From Paraspadella gotoi (Eukaryota > Animalia > Chaetognatha): a stretch of 64,000 nucleotides of DNA. Within the stretch, counting starts at the first letter, position 1; each line of letters starts with the position of its first letter. A program made the position numbers and the translations under genes. The notes beneath the pieces are model-generated. The model was not told the DNA's origin. It searched no databases and saw only the letters and a program-made list of their open reading frames with translations. This document shows positions 1 through 13,466 of this stretch, one piece after another. Location of the stretch: NCBI GenBank assembly GCA_051294375.1, contig CM119265.1, positions 8,316,772 through 8,380,771 of the forward strand, written 5' to 3'.

Positions 1-1
1 T

Positions 2-703
2 CAAGCTGAGAAGTTAATAGAAAAATCGCTTAGTCGGACTCCTTCGATTTGTTCAGATCTGCTAAAACATAACTCTCAGAGCGACAGTCCTGTCAAAAAA
101 ACAAAAGGAACTAGTAAGATTAGCCAACATTACTCGTTCTTCCTGAAAGGTTCCAGCACAACTTCACCAGGAAAAAAGCAAGGATTTATTCTCAGGAGAT
201 ACTCGTCACAAAAAAGTAAACGATCGAAAGATAATGAGTTCAAAACTGAAAACAGCGATTTACATTTGCGAACCGAAGAGAAAATGCTGCCCGCAAGATC
301 TTTCACATCATCAGTAGTTCATCAACTCACCAACAGTTGTGGCATCGAGGAACTAGACCAATCACCATCTTTACCGAACATAAGCGTCCAGAATCCGGCA
401 CAAATCAAACTCGAATACCCTCCAACTCAGGAACATATTAACCCGAAGTCTTCAAATTCTCACATTGAAACTTCCAATAGTCAAATTGAAATCGATGATT
501 TGAAACACGTAGCTATCATTCACAATCTTACGACAAGTGAAGAAGATAGTCGAAACCTAGCAAGCCATTTTCAATGTGCTGCAAGCATTAACGATCCTAG
601 CAATCTCGTGATAGGCTCTGAAAAGAGCTCGAATCTTAAGAAAGAATCTGATTCTGCAGCGGTGAACTTTTCTCAGTCGGAAAACAGTGATAATGGACAA
701 TGA
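2..703 (+). CDS. 3' end of an unidentified gene; Ser/Lys/Asn-rich, probably disordered, terminal exon
   Basis: Frame 2 is open from the window edge to TGA at 703 (about 233 codons), followed by AT-rich sequence with AATAAA; no recognisable domain. Confidence 0.5.
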   Translation, partial: QAEKLIEKSLSRTPSICSDLLKHNSQSDSPVKKTKGTSKISQHYSFFLKGSSTTSPGKKQGFILRRYSSQKSKRSKDNEFKTENSDLHLRTEEKMLPARSFTSSVVHQLTNSCGIEELDQSPSLPNISVQNPAQIKLEYPPTQEHINPKSSNSHIETSNSQIEIDDLKHVAIIHNLTTSEEDSRNLASHFQCAASINDPSNLVIGSEKSSNLKKESDSAAVNFSQSENSDNGQ

Positions 704-1767
704 AATTAAGTAAATGTTTCTCCTGATACTATGTCGACAAATGTGATGGACAACAATCAAGATCAATAAAATCTCTTCGTTTTTGCAGCTCTTGCCTATT
801 CAACTACTTTTCAAATAATGTTAACTTTTTTATAGCTCAAATCGGTGATTGGGAGCTATTTTAATGATGTTCAGATTCAAACTAAACTAGTAATATTATA
901 AATTCATTTTTTTAAAGATTTAATCGTTTATCACAGTTATACCTGCTTTGCATCAAAAATGAATAAATTGCAATAAAAAAAATCAAAAATCCATATCTCA
1001 GTATTCATATACAATTTACATACATTCATAAATCAAGGCTTCACTAGTTTCAATGCTCACTTTTTCGTTATTGTCATAGCGTTCTTTCAAAAGCATCGCA
1101 AATTGTTAAAATTTTAACTTAAGTCTTAAATAACAATAGTTTAGATAAAAAAAGATCGTACTTTCATCAAAAGTGCAATACAAAATTATTTTGATACCCT
1201 AAAGTTTACGTTTTTTATAAAAAAAAAAGATGTAGCCCTGTGTAACGAATCTAAGCCTTCTATGCATTCATTAGTAGCCTAAAAAGCTTATAAATGAAAA
1301 TAAGGACTTAGATCATACTTAATACAAGGGCTTTTATGATGGCATTTACATTATAACTAGGCTTTAATTAATATCAGTATATGGGCATTAATGTAGGCTT
1401 ACTATATTCAAGCTTTGAAACCATTCAACCTTGCATTTAGTAATGAAACTTCTAGTATTGTTGTTATTGCTTTGTATGTAATTTTTTTAATACGCTTTGC
1501 TTCAATTTTACAATTTACATAAATGGTCATTCATTAGATTTAGTCTTTGGTGCTAAAAAAAAATTAAAAAAAGCTGCTAAAGTTTTATTTTCTTATATGA
1601 ACTCCGCATGTTTAGTGTTATAGGCCTGGTCATAGTCAAGAATGAAAGAAATCTTGGCTGAACGGAATTTGAGTGGCTAATCCAACTGAATCCGCATTTA
1701 GTTAAATATACAATATATATAAGTTCAAAATTTCATTAATAGCATTATTTAAAACAAAATCTATTTA

Positions 1768-1858
1768 AAACTAGGGCAGAAAGTATCTTTTAACCTTGTG
1801 TTGTATAGATGCTTCCTGTATTTCCAGAAGACAACACTAACATCCCTCTCCCCATTAC
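1768..1858 (+). repeat. ~90-bp dispersed repeat, copy 1
   Basis: aaactagggcagaaagtat...gttgtatagatgc...ccagaagacaacac...ccctctccccatta matches the reverse complement of 13949-14036. Confidence 0.75.
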
Positions 1859-2493
1859 ATTATAAAAGAATATACTTTATATAAAAAATATAATTAATTC
1901 CAATATATATTGAAATATATTAAATTTTTAAATTTTAATAAATAAATAATTAATTTTCTACCTCAAACATTTAACGCAACGAAAACAAGAAAAAAAAATC
2001 TAATAAAGTAAAAGGAGTAATCTTGCAATTTTTCATAGAATTGGGTAGCGGTGTTTACGTTACAAGCTCGAATGAGGAAGGTAAAAAGGAAGATGAAAAA
2101 AGGAGCAGCTTTAAGGTTACCAGGAAGAAAAAAATATTTTGAACCAAGAATGAAAGAAACGCGCGATATGATTGAACGCTGGATAGGGCGTCCGAGTTGT
2201 TTCTCTCCGTATGTCTACCGAAAAGTTTAAAAAAGTTATAGCAAACTTGTTTATATTTTCTTTTTAATTATAATATCTGACGATTGGAAAATGAATATTC
2301 TTGAAATATTCGATAGATACGCTAAGATTTATAATAATATCTTCTTTTGGAGAAACCTGTCTGTCTTTCTGTGGTCGTTTTTAAAAAAAAAGTCATGAAG
2401 ATTATTATTAATTTCAAAGTTTGTAATAGAAACTTTGCCAAAAAGACCAAAACACAAACGGCAACTTTCAAAAGTTATAAAAGAACATTAAGT

Positions 2494-5400
2494 TTAGGCG
2501 TTTGCTGAGCAAGTTCCGTCCGTTTCGCTTGCTTTCAATTCAGCCAAGCGAGTCTCCCTTGCGCCAAGTATTTGATTTAAACTTTTTTGAACTTCATTCC
2601 CGTAAATCGAGCGTAAGTCATGAAACGCCCTACTCTCCTGAGAAGGTACCAGCAATTTCTGCGCCTTATGGAGAGCCTCTTCGTGTGCTGTAAGATTCAA
2701 AAGAAATGTTCTCAGCGCTTCCTCTGACGGGTCCTGCTTGAGAGACCCGAAGGCCCTTAGTAAGGCGCCGAGCGGTTCCTCGAAACTCCGATTCAAAGCG
2801 GCTTGGAACCCGTCATACTCTGTCTCGAAGTGTTCGAAGACGTCGTAAACGAAACGATCTTGAACCTGAAAGAGTTCCGTGAATCGAGAGAGTTCCTCTT
2901 CGGCGAGACGCAATCGCGTCTCGAGCGCGCCTCTTTCGACGTCGCGCGCGTTGACGAAAGCGCGCGCGATCGAGGAAACCTCCGACCAGCGGGATTTAAC
3001 GACGGCTTTTCGGGGGAGTTGAGAGAGAAAGACTTCAGCATCAAGGGAGCGAGGGATGGAGGGCGATGGCTGCGATTGTTCGGATAGGGGAACGAGAAAG
3101 GACAAAGATAGAAGCTCAGTTCCGAGATCTTTGAGAATTTTTTTCGTTGTCTCTGTATCATTCCTGAAAATTGAATTTGAAACTATGCTAATTTCGAAAT
3201 TTAATACAGTGAAAAAAATATTGGTCTTTTCACCTTAGCGACTCAAACTCATGATCAGAGGCAAGGACGGGAACGACGGTGGACGACTTTCGGTTAGAGA
3301 TGGAAGGAAAGACCGACAAACGAGTCGCCAAGGCGGTCACAGTAGAATAGCAAGCCGCTACTTGAGATTCTAATGCCGAAACTTTCTGCAAAATACACAA
3401 TTTATAAAAGTATTGTTATAAGTAGTTTACAACAATTATAATCTCTAAATAATTAAAGTAATTCGAATCAGACAAAAACAAAATCTATCCATAAATTATT
3501 AATTCACCTTTAGATTGTACATCGGCTCTTTCCCCACAAGCAAGTCCAACACCGAAAGGCCGTCTTGCGCGCAATATTCCTGTGGAACGATGATCTCTCG
3601 ACGGTCAAGCTCCAAGTCTCTTTCGAGATGACGGAACAGAGAGGATCGCGCTTTTTCAACTCCTTCCGTCAATCGAAAAAGTTGGGCGCGAGGAACCGAG
3701 ACGTGGGAAGAAGGAGCGTCGGTCGTCGCCAAAGTTTGACACTGTGACTTGAGTGCCTGAAACCAAACAACATTCAGCTACTATTATTTTGGTGCTAGTT
3801 TGGAGTATAGTTTATTACTCAAGGGAGTGGTCCTTTTATGCAATCTATGGTGGACTAAAATCCACCAACCGTTCATCAGCGGCCATTGGTGCCGGAGGCA
3901 AGTCATTCGCCTCCCAACCCAAAGGTCCGGGGTTCTAACCCGGTGGCCGCCTAGCAGTTAAGAGGGAAGGGGCGCTTAACCCGCCTGTAACACGGTGTTA
4001 CAGCCTGATCCGAAGCTCAGGGACTGCTTATATTGAACGGTTCTGTCACTAACATATAACAATATTAACAATAATTACTGTCTCTTCAAATTTAAACAAC
4101 TCACATGCTCTGGAAGATAAAAAACTAGACTGATAAGATCCTGCTACTATGTTAATAAAATGCAGGCCGTAACCCACCATAGTCTATGACATAGACTGCC
4201 GAAGTCAGGAGGCAAGATAGCTTATATAATATCATCAACGGAATAGACCTATCGACGGACTTGGTTGGCCTAATGATGTGATTGCTCGTCTTCTTCACGA
4301 ATCATCAGAAAGCCGACGAATCACAGACCTGACGTCAACCTTAGATTGACCAATGATGGACGGATGGATCGACAGTCGGGATTGCTAAGAGAACTGAGCA
4401 TTCTCCTCCATATCAAATCTCAAGAAAGAACTCTACAAATAATTATTTTTTTAATTATTGAACCGTTTAATATTGTCATCATCTTTGTCATCGTTACCTT
4501 TGTCAACACCTTAATCATTGTCCGTCGTTACCTTCACTTAATAATTAGTTATTATTTACCCTCTTTATTTGACTAAACGTCAACGATATACAGAAGGCGT
4601 CATATTATAAAATTTTGATGTTTTTTATGGCGACATCCACATACTATGTATAAATATGGGCTATGCGAAAATTGACAAATAAAAAAAATTTTTGTTATTT
4701 AAAAATGTTCACAGGTACAAGCGTGTTCATGATCTACTATTCGAATTTTGATTCTCCTTGATTTTAATATTTTTGCTAAGCTTTCAAATATTTATATATA
4801 TATATATATACAGTGGAGATCCTGATTATTATTATTAGTAAGAAAGTAAATAAAATCGCCGGCCGAATTCTTTAAAAATTCCAATGCCCGCTAAGAAATA
4901 TTTTGCTCCCTCTGTTCAAACGCCGGTCGCAAAACGTTACCTTATTTGGAAGTATTTTTAGAATTGTTTACTTTACAAATGTAAACCAAATTTTCTCTCT
5001 CTCGCCGTATAAAAATGAATGCCACTTTGTACAATTAGCCAATTCGATTCCATTCGCTTTTCTGATTTCAATAAATCGATTCATCTCATTTTGTTCGCCA
5101 TTTTTATCTCGACCACCTCCACTATACACATATATATATATGATTAATTCTTTCATTGGTTGTACCAATTTCATAATAACTCGCCACGTATCAAGAGAAT
5201 TCTTGCTTCTCCGCAATACACACATTCAAAGTATTTTCCGCTTCCCACAGAGTCGCCGATCTCTTGGTCATTCCGCGTTGAAGCAGCAGCAACTGGCGCT
5301 CCGTTTGAAACAGTTGAGCCTTGAGTAGGTTAACCCGTCTGTGAATTTTTTATTTTTCAGCGATGGATTTCGAAAGATATTCATTCTAAAAGAATTCAGA

Positions 5401-5698
5401 TAGTACCCGACCTTCCTTCGTAGCTCTCACGCTGTTGCTCAGTCAACAACTGCTTCAACAACGTCTTTGTTTCTTTCAATTCTTGCCGCAAACTTTGATT
5501 TTCGCGACGCAAATCTTCGATAGAGATTAGGGGTGGCAGAGAGTTTGAAGAAAGTGGCTGAAAATAAGAGGAAAGTTGGGTGAGGATAACTTTTACACCA
5601 GCAAATGATGACATTGATGATACCTCTCGACCACGATCGCCAGGGGCACTGTTGATTCGCGAACCAGAGCGAAGAGGTAACGGTAGTTTGGAATTCAT
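2494..5698 (-). CDS. Multi-exon uncharacterised coiled-coil protein
   Basis: Exons join in frame at GT-AG sites: MNSKLP...RESYEG|RRVNLLKAQLFQTERQ...AENTLN|ALKSQCQTLATT...YNLK|KVSALESQ...ESL|RNDTETTK...TCSANA*. The acceptor ttttttatcacag lies 4 nt before the ATG. Confidence 0.7.
3879..4080 (+). mobile_element. tRNA-Gly(CCC)-derived SINE or tRNA pseudogene in an intron
   Basis: 72-nt head at 3879-3950 with acceptor stem GCGGCCA/TGGCCGC, T-arm CCGGG-GTTCTAA-CCCGG, CTCCCAA anticodon loop and a broken anticodon stem; it continues into a GC-rich body and an AT-rich tail. Confidence 0.6.
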
Positions 5699-6182
5699 AA
5701 TTCTGTGATAAAAAAATAAAATAATTAATGATTATGTTTAATTAAACAAATTTAGATATAATATAGCGTCCGGCACAAAAATTTAGTGTTTTCTTTATGG
5801 CTTCCATGAATGGATTTAAACCTTTATCAGACCCCTACAAACGTTAATTGATCATTGATTGCCAATTTGATTGGTAATTTTTGTTTCTGCTCTTCTTTTC
5901 TGAGCCACATTTTTGAACAAAAATTTTAAGGCTGCATCTTCTTTTTGACAATTTTAAGCAATACATGGCCTTGGTGGCGTAAAAACTATGTCATAACCAT
6001 TTTTTCCCTCAAAGATGAAATAATAATGACTTTTTTCTTAATTATAATTTAAAATGCTTTTATAAATAAAAATCTAAAATAATTTCAGCTTTTTACTTAA
6101 AAGTGTGGCGCAAAAAGTCCTAAAATGGCGCTACGCCACGCCACGTTTGGTCTCCGTAAGAAACATACCAGTTTTAGGAATG

Positions 6183-6664
6183 CTAGGATACGAGAATGAC
6201 GGGAAGCATGTCTTTGTCGTCGAATGTCCCTTGAATCTTTTCTTGATTTGGGTTGAATACAGAATAGGCGCTTAGTTCTCCTGAAGCGAAAGAGATATCA
6301 TAGAGAGAAAAAGAACACAATTTTTACTTAAAAGTATAAACGTAAAATATACCTGGAAGTTTGATTTTGTTTCGCGTGTTTTTAAAAATAGCAATTATTC
6401 CTGAAATGGTCAAGTAAACGAGCCCAAACTCAAGTAGAATAAATATAATTAAGCCAACGGTCCAAAAGATAAAGATAAGTATCTGTAAACATCACATATT
6501 TAATTAAAATCCTTATCCATTTAAAAAATTCATTTTTAAGAATTGGCACGCACCTTGTGTAACCACGGATCGTTGAACAAGGAGTGCGCTTCCTGCGAAT
6601 CGCGCTCAAAATCCAAATAAAAAGGAGATTTATTTGGGACGATCTTATTTAAATCCTGACTCAT
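6183..6664 (-). CDS. SAYSD1: SAYSvFN domain protein, paralogue B (3 exons: 6554-6664, 6353-6482, 6183-6280; 112 aa); absent from the ORF track
   Basis: MSQDLNK...WLHK|ILIFIFWTVGLIIFILLEFGLVYLTISGIIAIFKNT...|GELSAYSVFNPNQEKIQGTF...*; exon lengths 111+130+98 = 339 nt, with canonical GT-AG introns. Confidence 0.88.
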
Positions 6665-6783
6665 ATTTCAGTCAAGTTTTATTGTTCATCACTTAGAAAA
6701 GAGGGTTGGATGTAGAGATGAATATCACAGAGGTTACTGACTAGTTTTGCTATTCTTAATTCTAGTTTTTTTTTCGAAGTTTC

Positions 6784-7056
6784 TTAGCTGACTCCAAAAC
6801 GCATACTCTGTATCATGTTATCGGCATTTGAAGTTCCATCAATCTCTTCGAAGTTGGGGTTAAAAACCGAATAGGCGCTCAGTGGGCGCGGTTCTGAGGA
6901 ATCGGCGCGGGAAGAGGCGCGGGTGCTGTAGAATATGGCGACGATGGCCGAGACGATGAGGAAGACGACGCCAAAACCTAGCTCGACAAAGATGGCGAGG
7001 ACGCAGCACCAGAGGCCGACGCGGACGAACAGGCGGATCCCATCAACAGTCAGCAT
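6784..7056 (-). CDS. SAYSD1: SAYSvFN domain protein, paralogue A (intronless; start uncertain)
   Basis: LGFGVVFLIVS hydrophobic hairpin followed by LSAYSVFNPNFEEIDGT. Confidence 0.85.
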   Translation of the reverse strand: MLTVDGIRLFVRVGLWCCVLAIFVELGFGVVFLIVSAIVAIFYSTRASSRADSSEPRPLSAYSVFNPNFEEIDGTSNADNMIQSMRFGVS

Positions 7057-7449
7057 CGTTCGAAAATAGAACTTGGGGGATGCGGTTGGCGCGTCTCTGG
7101 TTAAAGTTTTCTTTTTTTAAACGGCTTTGCCAAGTCCAAGCTTCTTTTTTTTTCAACTCTTGAAAAACGTCATGATAAAATTCAAATTAAACAAATTTCA
7201 ACAATTTTCTTATTTAACTCTTGCCCAAATTTTGCTAAGATCTAAAAAATTTTCATCCTGCGATGAAAAAAAAATCAACATTTTTCTTTTCTTTCACAAC
7301 GAGGCTCTCTTCTCTTCGTTTCAGCAGCAAACAACCCAAAACAAAAGTGACACGCAGAGAAAAAATAATGGGAAAAAGAGAGAAAAAAAGCCGAAGACGA
7401 CGACGATGATGATTGCTGGGATCGGAGAGGGTCGCCGGATACGGAATTA

Positions 7450-8395
<946 letters not shown>

Positions 8396-8591
8396 TTTGC
8401 TTCTTTCCTCCCGTTAGCTGCTAAACGACCAGAGAGCTTCAGAGAAAAATCTGCACAATAATAAAAATAAAAAGACAATACGAGAGTAGAATAATAAATA
8501 AGTAACGAAACATGACGAACAGAAGCGAATAGTGGTATCAAAATATGAATAGATGGAAAGACGATGGAAGACTCTTGGAATCGCGCGGACG

Positions 8592-9176
8592 TCAAACAAA
8601 CAAGTTGGCCATTCGCTTAGACATCAATGCGTTGTAGTCTTTCTCCCTCTTATAAACTCTTGCCAGTTCGGTCTTTAGCGCCTTGTTTTCCGGCTCGCAT
8701 TCCAGGCCTCGCGCTAAGTCCGACCTCGATCGCGCCCACTCTCCCAACTCGGCCCATGCGCGAGCGCGTCGATAGAGGGCCTTCACGTTGACGGGGTCCA
8801 TTTCCAACGCCTTGGAGCAACAGTCAACGATGCGTTTCTCCCGCTTCGAGTCGGCGACGTTCTTTTGGAGGCAGGCGGCGATGTTCAAGTAAAGCGCGAC
8901 CTTGAGAAACTTGATCCGCGCGGAGAGCGATTCGTCGTGGGAAGGGGCGTCATCGTCGCCGGATGGTGGGCGGTCGGCGAGATCAATGTCTCCCGCTGCG
9001 GAAACTGTGAACTTGAGACTTTGGTGAAAAGATTTATGGGCTGCCCGGAAACGGTCGCACTGAAATAGATCAGCGCCATCGTTCTTGAGTCGAGACGCCG
9101 TTTCAAGTTTTTGTTCGGCGCTCATTTCGTTAATGAGAAGATACTCGAGATCGCCTTCGTTTTGTTCGCCCGCCAT
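8592..9176 (-). CDS. Single-exon TPR protein resembling the FKBP4/5-type or TTC9 TPR module, with no PPIase domain
   Basis: LYLNIAACLQK...ALEMDPVNVKALYRRARA...EPENKALKTEL; C-terminus RMANLF. Confidence 0.8.
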   Translation of the reverse strand: MAGEQNEGDLEYLLINEMSAEQKLETASRLKNDGADLFQCDRFRAAHKSFHQSLKFTVSAAGDIDLADRPPSGDDDAPSHDESLSARIKFLKVALYLNIAACLQKNVADSKREKRIVDCCSKALEMDPVNVKALYRRARAWAELGEWARSRSDLARGLECEPENKALKTELARVYKREKDYNALMSKRMANLFV

Positions 9177-10008
9177 TTCAAGGGTTAAACAATTTTAAAA
9201 AGTTAATCTGAAAAAAGGAAAACAATTTTTAAAAGAGGGGCGACGATTGTTCGAAACTGCAACTGGAAGATGGCAACTTAAGCGATTTTGGCACGCGCTA
9301 TCTTTTTTTGAAAATAATTTATGCGAATACGAACAAACGGCATTTATGAATAAGGGAGGGTTGATATGGCAGCACCAAAAAAAAAAAAAAAAAAATGTAG
9401 GATAAAAAATGAGAAAATTTGAATCAAATAACTAAAAAAGCAACAAAGCTAAGAAAATAATAACAGCCAGAAATTATCCCAGGTCATTACTAGAATTATC
9501 AGGATAGAGTCGGGTCACAGCTTCACGATTAAATCTCGTTAATCACTCATAATAAGTGAAACTATCAAAGAACCTTGTCTTGTTGTGATTTGATTATATC
9601 AGTTATATCAGTTTGTTTCCCCGATTAGCCCATTCGAATTATTTTGTACGGATGCGTGCAGCAAAGGTGCGATGGAACAAAAAAAAAAAAAAAAAAAAAA
9701 GAAAACTGGGTACGCTGAGAATTTCAGGGAGTTTAAAAGGGTCAACGGAGATAGGCAATTGTTAACATAATTTGGTTTTTCCAAAAACCAAAAAATAAAA
9801 ACAAAAAATCGTCGCGACCAAACGTACTTCCACGAAATATTTGTACAAGGTACATTAGTGTTTTCTTTTTTACAATCTGCGTATGAAAAATATTCATGTT
9901 CAAAAAAATACTGTGAAAAAAATTCAATGTCTATAACAACTACGAAACAATATATGTATATTAACTTCCCCGAAAAGCCCTTATCTTTAACAACCTAAAC
10001 ATGGTCCG

Positions 10009-10921
10009 TCAGTTTTTCTTTTTGTCGCCGACGGCTTCATCTTCGGTGTCACTGGCGTCGGAGTAATTGGCAGGCGACTCTCCCGGCGCTAACAAGCGGC
10101 CAACGATGGAGTACTTTTCGTGAAACTGTTTCTCCCATTCGCGCAACGAGTCCCATTCCGAAGGCGTGAGGTCGCTAAAACGAATCCGACGAACATGAAC
10201 CAAGGTGAATTCAAAACTTAATCGTGACTTTCTCAACGAACCCGAGATCGTCGTAGTCGTCACGAATGACCGAGTCCTCGACAGAGAACTTGGCTAGTCC
10301 CCTAGAAGCGTCCCTGCCGGCAAAGACGCCGTAAGGCCCGCCAGGACCGTAAAAGCTACGTCCGGTGGTGACGTCGAAAACGTTGCGATTCACCGCCATC
10401 AAGATCCTACCCTGTGTGTCGCCGGCTGAGAAAAAAACAAAAGAAAATTAGAAAAGGAAGAAATCCCAATTCAAAACAGCGTATTCCGGCTGCAGATTCT
10501 TAATTGGTTCGCCTCGACACGGTATCTTACAAATCTAAGATTCTAACAAATCCTGTTGCGCGACCCAAGCATTTCGATCCGCCTCCTCACCTCCATTCCC
10601 GTCGTAAGGCTTCAACTCCTCGATTCTGTAGTCGCGCTTCTTCATTGGAGGCAGCGAGGGTTGGCGCGGCTCCGGCGGCGTCGACGACTCCATCGAAGTG
10701 CGGATGATTTTGTAGAGGAGGATGAGACAAAACACGAGGAGGAAGATGTTCAGGTACGAACCGAAGAGCTCGTCGAGGAAATACGTTTCGGGCTTCTTAG
10801 TGAGTTCCTAGTGAGAAAGGCGAAGTTGAATCATCAGAGCCTACAACCCCCATTTCCCCCCCCCCCCGACTGTGCGAACTCGACCCACTTCGGGTACTCG
10901 AACTTCCTTTTCCGGTTCCAT
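10009..10921 (-). CDS. PGRMC1: Membrane-associated progesterone receptor component (cytochrome b5-like MAPR)
   Basis: N-terminal TM helix, [58 protein letters not shown]; 4 exons. Confidence 0.92.
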
Positions 10922-11181
10922 GTCGTGTCGATGTCAATCAGAAGAGGAAAAAAGGAAATAAAAACAAGTGCGGATCGAGGACGCGCTATTAGTCCGTTTC
11001 ATAGATAAAAAGAATAAAAAATCAGAAAGGCTAACTCATCCTGGCAACTTAACCCTGAAAACAAAACAATAAAAAGCCACAGCGGCAATGAAGGGCTCGA
11101 AAACGAGAAGGCCCTAATACAAAATTTCCAATTCGTAGCGACAGAAGGATTCTCCGTAATCGAGTTATTCTCCGTCAGTGA

Positions 11182-12564
11182 TCACGAGTCCTTGAGGTTG
11201 ACGACTTTCCCGACGATTGAGGCGCCCATGATTTTTTCCATTTTTTCGGCGACGACTGGTATTTTTTCCGCTTGGATGATCATTACAACTCGCCATGGTT
11301 CGTATGATGCGTTATCATCGCTTTTGTCCGACAGATCCTGCCCGAGATAGGGAAGATCCAGACAGGATCGAAATATTTTAAAAAATGAACGGATATAAAT
11401 TGTTTGAAGCAAAAAAAAAAAATAAGTTCCAATTACCTCGGCATCGGGCATTTCATCGACCACGGCATACTTAAAGTTGAAACAGCTTTCCTCGTAAAAA
11501 AGTTCTTCCTAATTTGAAAAAGAAAAACTCAGATCGAAAGTCCAGTTGGACAAAAATTATCCTTTTGCCTACCTCGCCATTTGCAAATATCATGGGCTCG
11601 TTTTTAGAATCCTTGGGCACGAGCACTTTGCTTATAATGAGAAAATGGCTAAAATCGAAGCTCTGCCCCTTGGCGCAGGCAGAATGGAGTTCGTCCCTCA
11701 AAGAGTCGTGGAGCGGAATCGAAATATGAGGAGGAATGTTGACGAAACGCTCGTTGATTAGCCAACCTTGTTATTTTATATCTCGTGTTAATAGTAATTA
11801 CAATTGTCGGGTTAACGAAACAAAAACGAAACTTTCCAACTCACCGGTTCGCAAGGATGGGTCGTTTGGATCGCAGAAGTAAGCTCTCAGCGTTTCCGCT
11901 AAGCTTGGTTCGCTGATCCGCTGGCAATGGTTAATCAGATAGTCTTGTACCTGCTTAATGGCAGCGGCACCTTCCGAGATTGGTTTATCTTTACTGTCGT
12001 CTCGCCGCGAAAGGCGTTGAGTGACGTTGATGACAGTCGTTATTCCGAATACCTTGAAGGAAATGAACAACAGTCAAAATACAATTTTTCCTTGCCTCCA
12101 GACTAAGTTTTCTCCACTAGATTCTCACATCTTCCTCGCTGTCCTTTTCTTCTTCGTCTCCCTCTTCGTCCATTTCGTCGTCGTCGAAATGTTTGATGAC
12201 GCTCCCGACGTGATTTTGACCCAATATGATGTTGGCGATAGCGCCTAGATCTACGCTGGCTTTGAGGAAGAGCTGCTGCAGAAGGCGCTTGATGCCGTGA
12301 AAGTCAGCGTCCGTGGCCGTGCGGGCGTCAAAGTCGAGGGGTATTTCGAGGTCGATGATATTGTCCGAATCCATGTCGGCTTCATCGGCTACGTCGGCTT
12401 CGTCCTCGTCATCTATATCGTCAGCGTCTACGATGAAAAATTATCATTAAGTTACGAAGAGGGGAGGAGGGACGGGGGGTGGAGAACCTGACCTCACCTT
12501 CTTCGTCGTCGGGAGGAGGTGGCTTGTCTACCTCAAATTCGCGCCGCTTCTTTGGAGCCGCCAT
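11182..12564 (-). CDS. BCCIP: BCCIP/Bcp1 homologue (multi-exon)
   Basis: MAAPKKR, an acidic N-terminus, DFHGIKRLLQQLF, VFGITTVIN, INERFVNIPP, IFANGE. Confidence 0.9.
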
Positions 12565-13466
12565 AGTTTGTTTTTTTAATTTGTTAAAACAGAGAAAAAA
12601 AAACAAGGCTCAACCTGTTTTCTTCTCCTTTCTGAGCCCAACCAAATAAAAAAAAGGAACTTCGTTATAACAAGATGCATTCAGTTTGAAAATAATTTAA
12701 ATATGTTTTTACAATCGATGCTACTAGACAGTAGTGAGATTTGAAGAGTGCAGGAAGTTTAGTTTATTCGGAATAAGGTGGAAGAAAAGAAAAAGGATTA
12801 TAAAAGGAGAAAATGATTAAAAGCCAGAAAGTAGATAAGTAAACCGCAATGCAATACATTTACGTGGCAAATATCAAAGTGAACGATGCGTTATGTCAAA
12901 AATCCTAATAAAGGAGCATGAGAAGCTGAGGTTAGGTACGAGTGCCGAATAAGGTTTTTTTAATCCTCTTGGTGCGACGCCGTGGTATCTCCAAACAAAG
13001 AAGAAAAAAAATAAAAGGTTGAAATAAAGAAAATCGGGAGGCATCGGCCCATTTGAAACTACAGATGTCACACAGCCATACGTCTATGATTCACAAACAT
13101 TACAAATTTACAAAACAAACATTTGGCGAGGATTTGTTCTTATCGTTAACAAATATTTTGATGGGAAAATAAATCAAAGACGTGAAAGTCATTGGATCAA
13201 AAAGTGATCATTAAAACAAATTTATATTTTTTAAATTCATTGCATATTACATATTAGGTATTATTGTTCAAGCAAGCGATAAATTCCTTTTTCCTCGCAA
13301 AAACGACTGAAGATATTTTTCACAAACAATATCCTTCGCGCAGATTGCTTTTTTTTACAATTAGTTTTTTTAATAGAGTACTTCACTAGGTCGGTAAGTT
13401 ACGACTGCCACTGTCAAACCAGAAACAAAACGTTATCCGTGTCACACGCTACGAGAAACGAATGGC

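Noticed and set aside
4700-4760. ACAG|GTACAAG...AATTTTGA as a possible SL RNA gene
   Set aside because: Only short motifs that are expected by chance in AT-rich DNA; no convincing stems and no second copy.
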